Shown here in pieces: positions 25,830 through 26,479 of a stretch of 26,479 nt of DNA. The stretch is from a candidate division WOR-3 bacterium. GTDB taxonomy: Bacteria; Hydrothermota; Tepidihabitantia; Tepidihabitantales; Tepidihabitantaceae. Under the pieces are notes generated by a model. That model did no database searches, was not told the origin of the DNA, and saw only the letters and a list, made by a program, of their open reading frames with translations. The stretch lies in assembly GCA_965648935.1 (NCBI GenBank), contig CBFGIY010000031.1:1-26479 (forward strand), written 5' to 3'. A program made the translations under genes and the position numbers. Each line of letters opens with the position of its first letter. Position 1 is the stretch's first letter.

Positions 25830-26479
25830 CTACCTGACCACCGTCACCCGGCGCCCGATGCTCTGCCCGGCGCCCTCCAGACGCACGGTGTAGCTGCCCG
25901 CGCGCAGGCCGCGGCCGCGCCAGCCGATGCTGTGGCTGCCCGGCCCGAGCGCGCCGTCGAACAGCCGCGCCGCCACCCGGCCCGCGTCATCCACCAGGTC
26001 CACGCGCACTCTTCCCGCGCGGCCGAGCGAGAACGACACGGTGCCGCGATCGCGCAGCGGCTGGGGCCGCACTTCAAGACCCGACTCAACCGGACCCGGC
26101 CGGCCCGGCTCGCTCACCCCGACGTTGACCAGCCGCACCAGCTCGATTTCGGTCGTGCCCAGGCTGTAGGGCGGCTGGGCCGCGGTCGTGATGTGCGCCG
26201 CGTTTAGCTGGGACAGGCCGCGCGCCTGCCGTTCGATGTTGAGCACCTGCTGGCCGCGAAAGTCGCACGCCACGGGGTCCCGGCTCATTATCAGGAGCTT
26301 GGGGTTGAAGTTGGGCTGGCCGCCCGGCCCGCCGGTGTAGACCCCGAACAGGCCGTCGATGATGAACAGCTTCTGGATGTTGTTGGGCGAAATGACATCG
26401 CGAATCTGCTGGTTCAGCGACGGAATCGCCGGCGAGCAGCCGCTGGTGTGCTGCAGCCCGCCCGGGTTGTGCACCGAAC
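25830..26479 (-). CDS. C-terminal part of a DUF362 protein with a FlgD/T9SS-like C-terminal domain (5' end outside the window)
   Basis: SVHNPGGLQH, FIIDGLFG..GGP, SRDPVACD, LGT; tail PQPLRDRGTVSFSL..DDAGR..GSYTVRL..RRVTVVR. Confidence 0.82.
   Translation of the reverse strand, partial: SVHNPGGLQHTSGCSPAIPSLNQQIRDVISPNNIQKLFIIDGLFGVYTGGPGGQPNFNPKLLIMSRDPVACDFRGQQVLNIERQARGLSQLNAAHITTAAQPPYSLGTTEIELVRLVNVGVSEPGRPGPVESGLEVRPQPLRDRGTVSFSLGRAGRVRVDLVDDAGRVAARLFDGALGPGSHSIGWRGRGLRAGSYTVRLEGAGQSIGRRVTVVR

Overview
GC-rich bacterial DNA. The gene content (C-terminal T9SS/FlgD-like sorting domains, DUF362 and polyferredoxin genes, a SprA-like barrel) suggests an anaerobic FCB-related lineage such as candidate WOR-3; this is inference only. 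There are three parts. (1) 1-4930 is an accessory defence-type island. It holds the N-terminus of a type I restriction subunit (hsdR), an MNT-HEPN toxin-antitoxin pair bracketed by degenerate 7-bp tandem repeats, and a minus-strand run of five genes: an excisionase-type HTH fused to a catalytically dead Lon protease domain, an ARPP-1/DUF6569-like protein, a Zn-finger-like unknown with a candidate beta-clamp motif, a frameshifted PIN gene and a 60-aa partner. This run sits behind a near-consensus promoter overlapped by 10-bp phased repeats and is the best candidate for an undescribed system. (2) 4987-15678 holds a secreted S8 peptidase and a divergent housekeeping operon (DJ-1/PfpI, dtd, yicC, gmk, rpoZ, coaBC, dnaB, radA, PIN/TRAM). 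(3) 15742-26479 is on the minus strand: a partial DUF362 protein with a sorting domain, a lipoprotein, a Tat-exported DUF362 protein, a NapH/NapG-like polyferredoxin, a ~1250-aa propeller/beta-barrel protein probably starting at CTG, then a DUF4203-like protein, a MATE transporter and a GNAT. All family calls come from motif recognition by eye; no searches were run.
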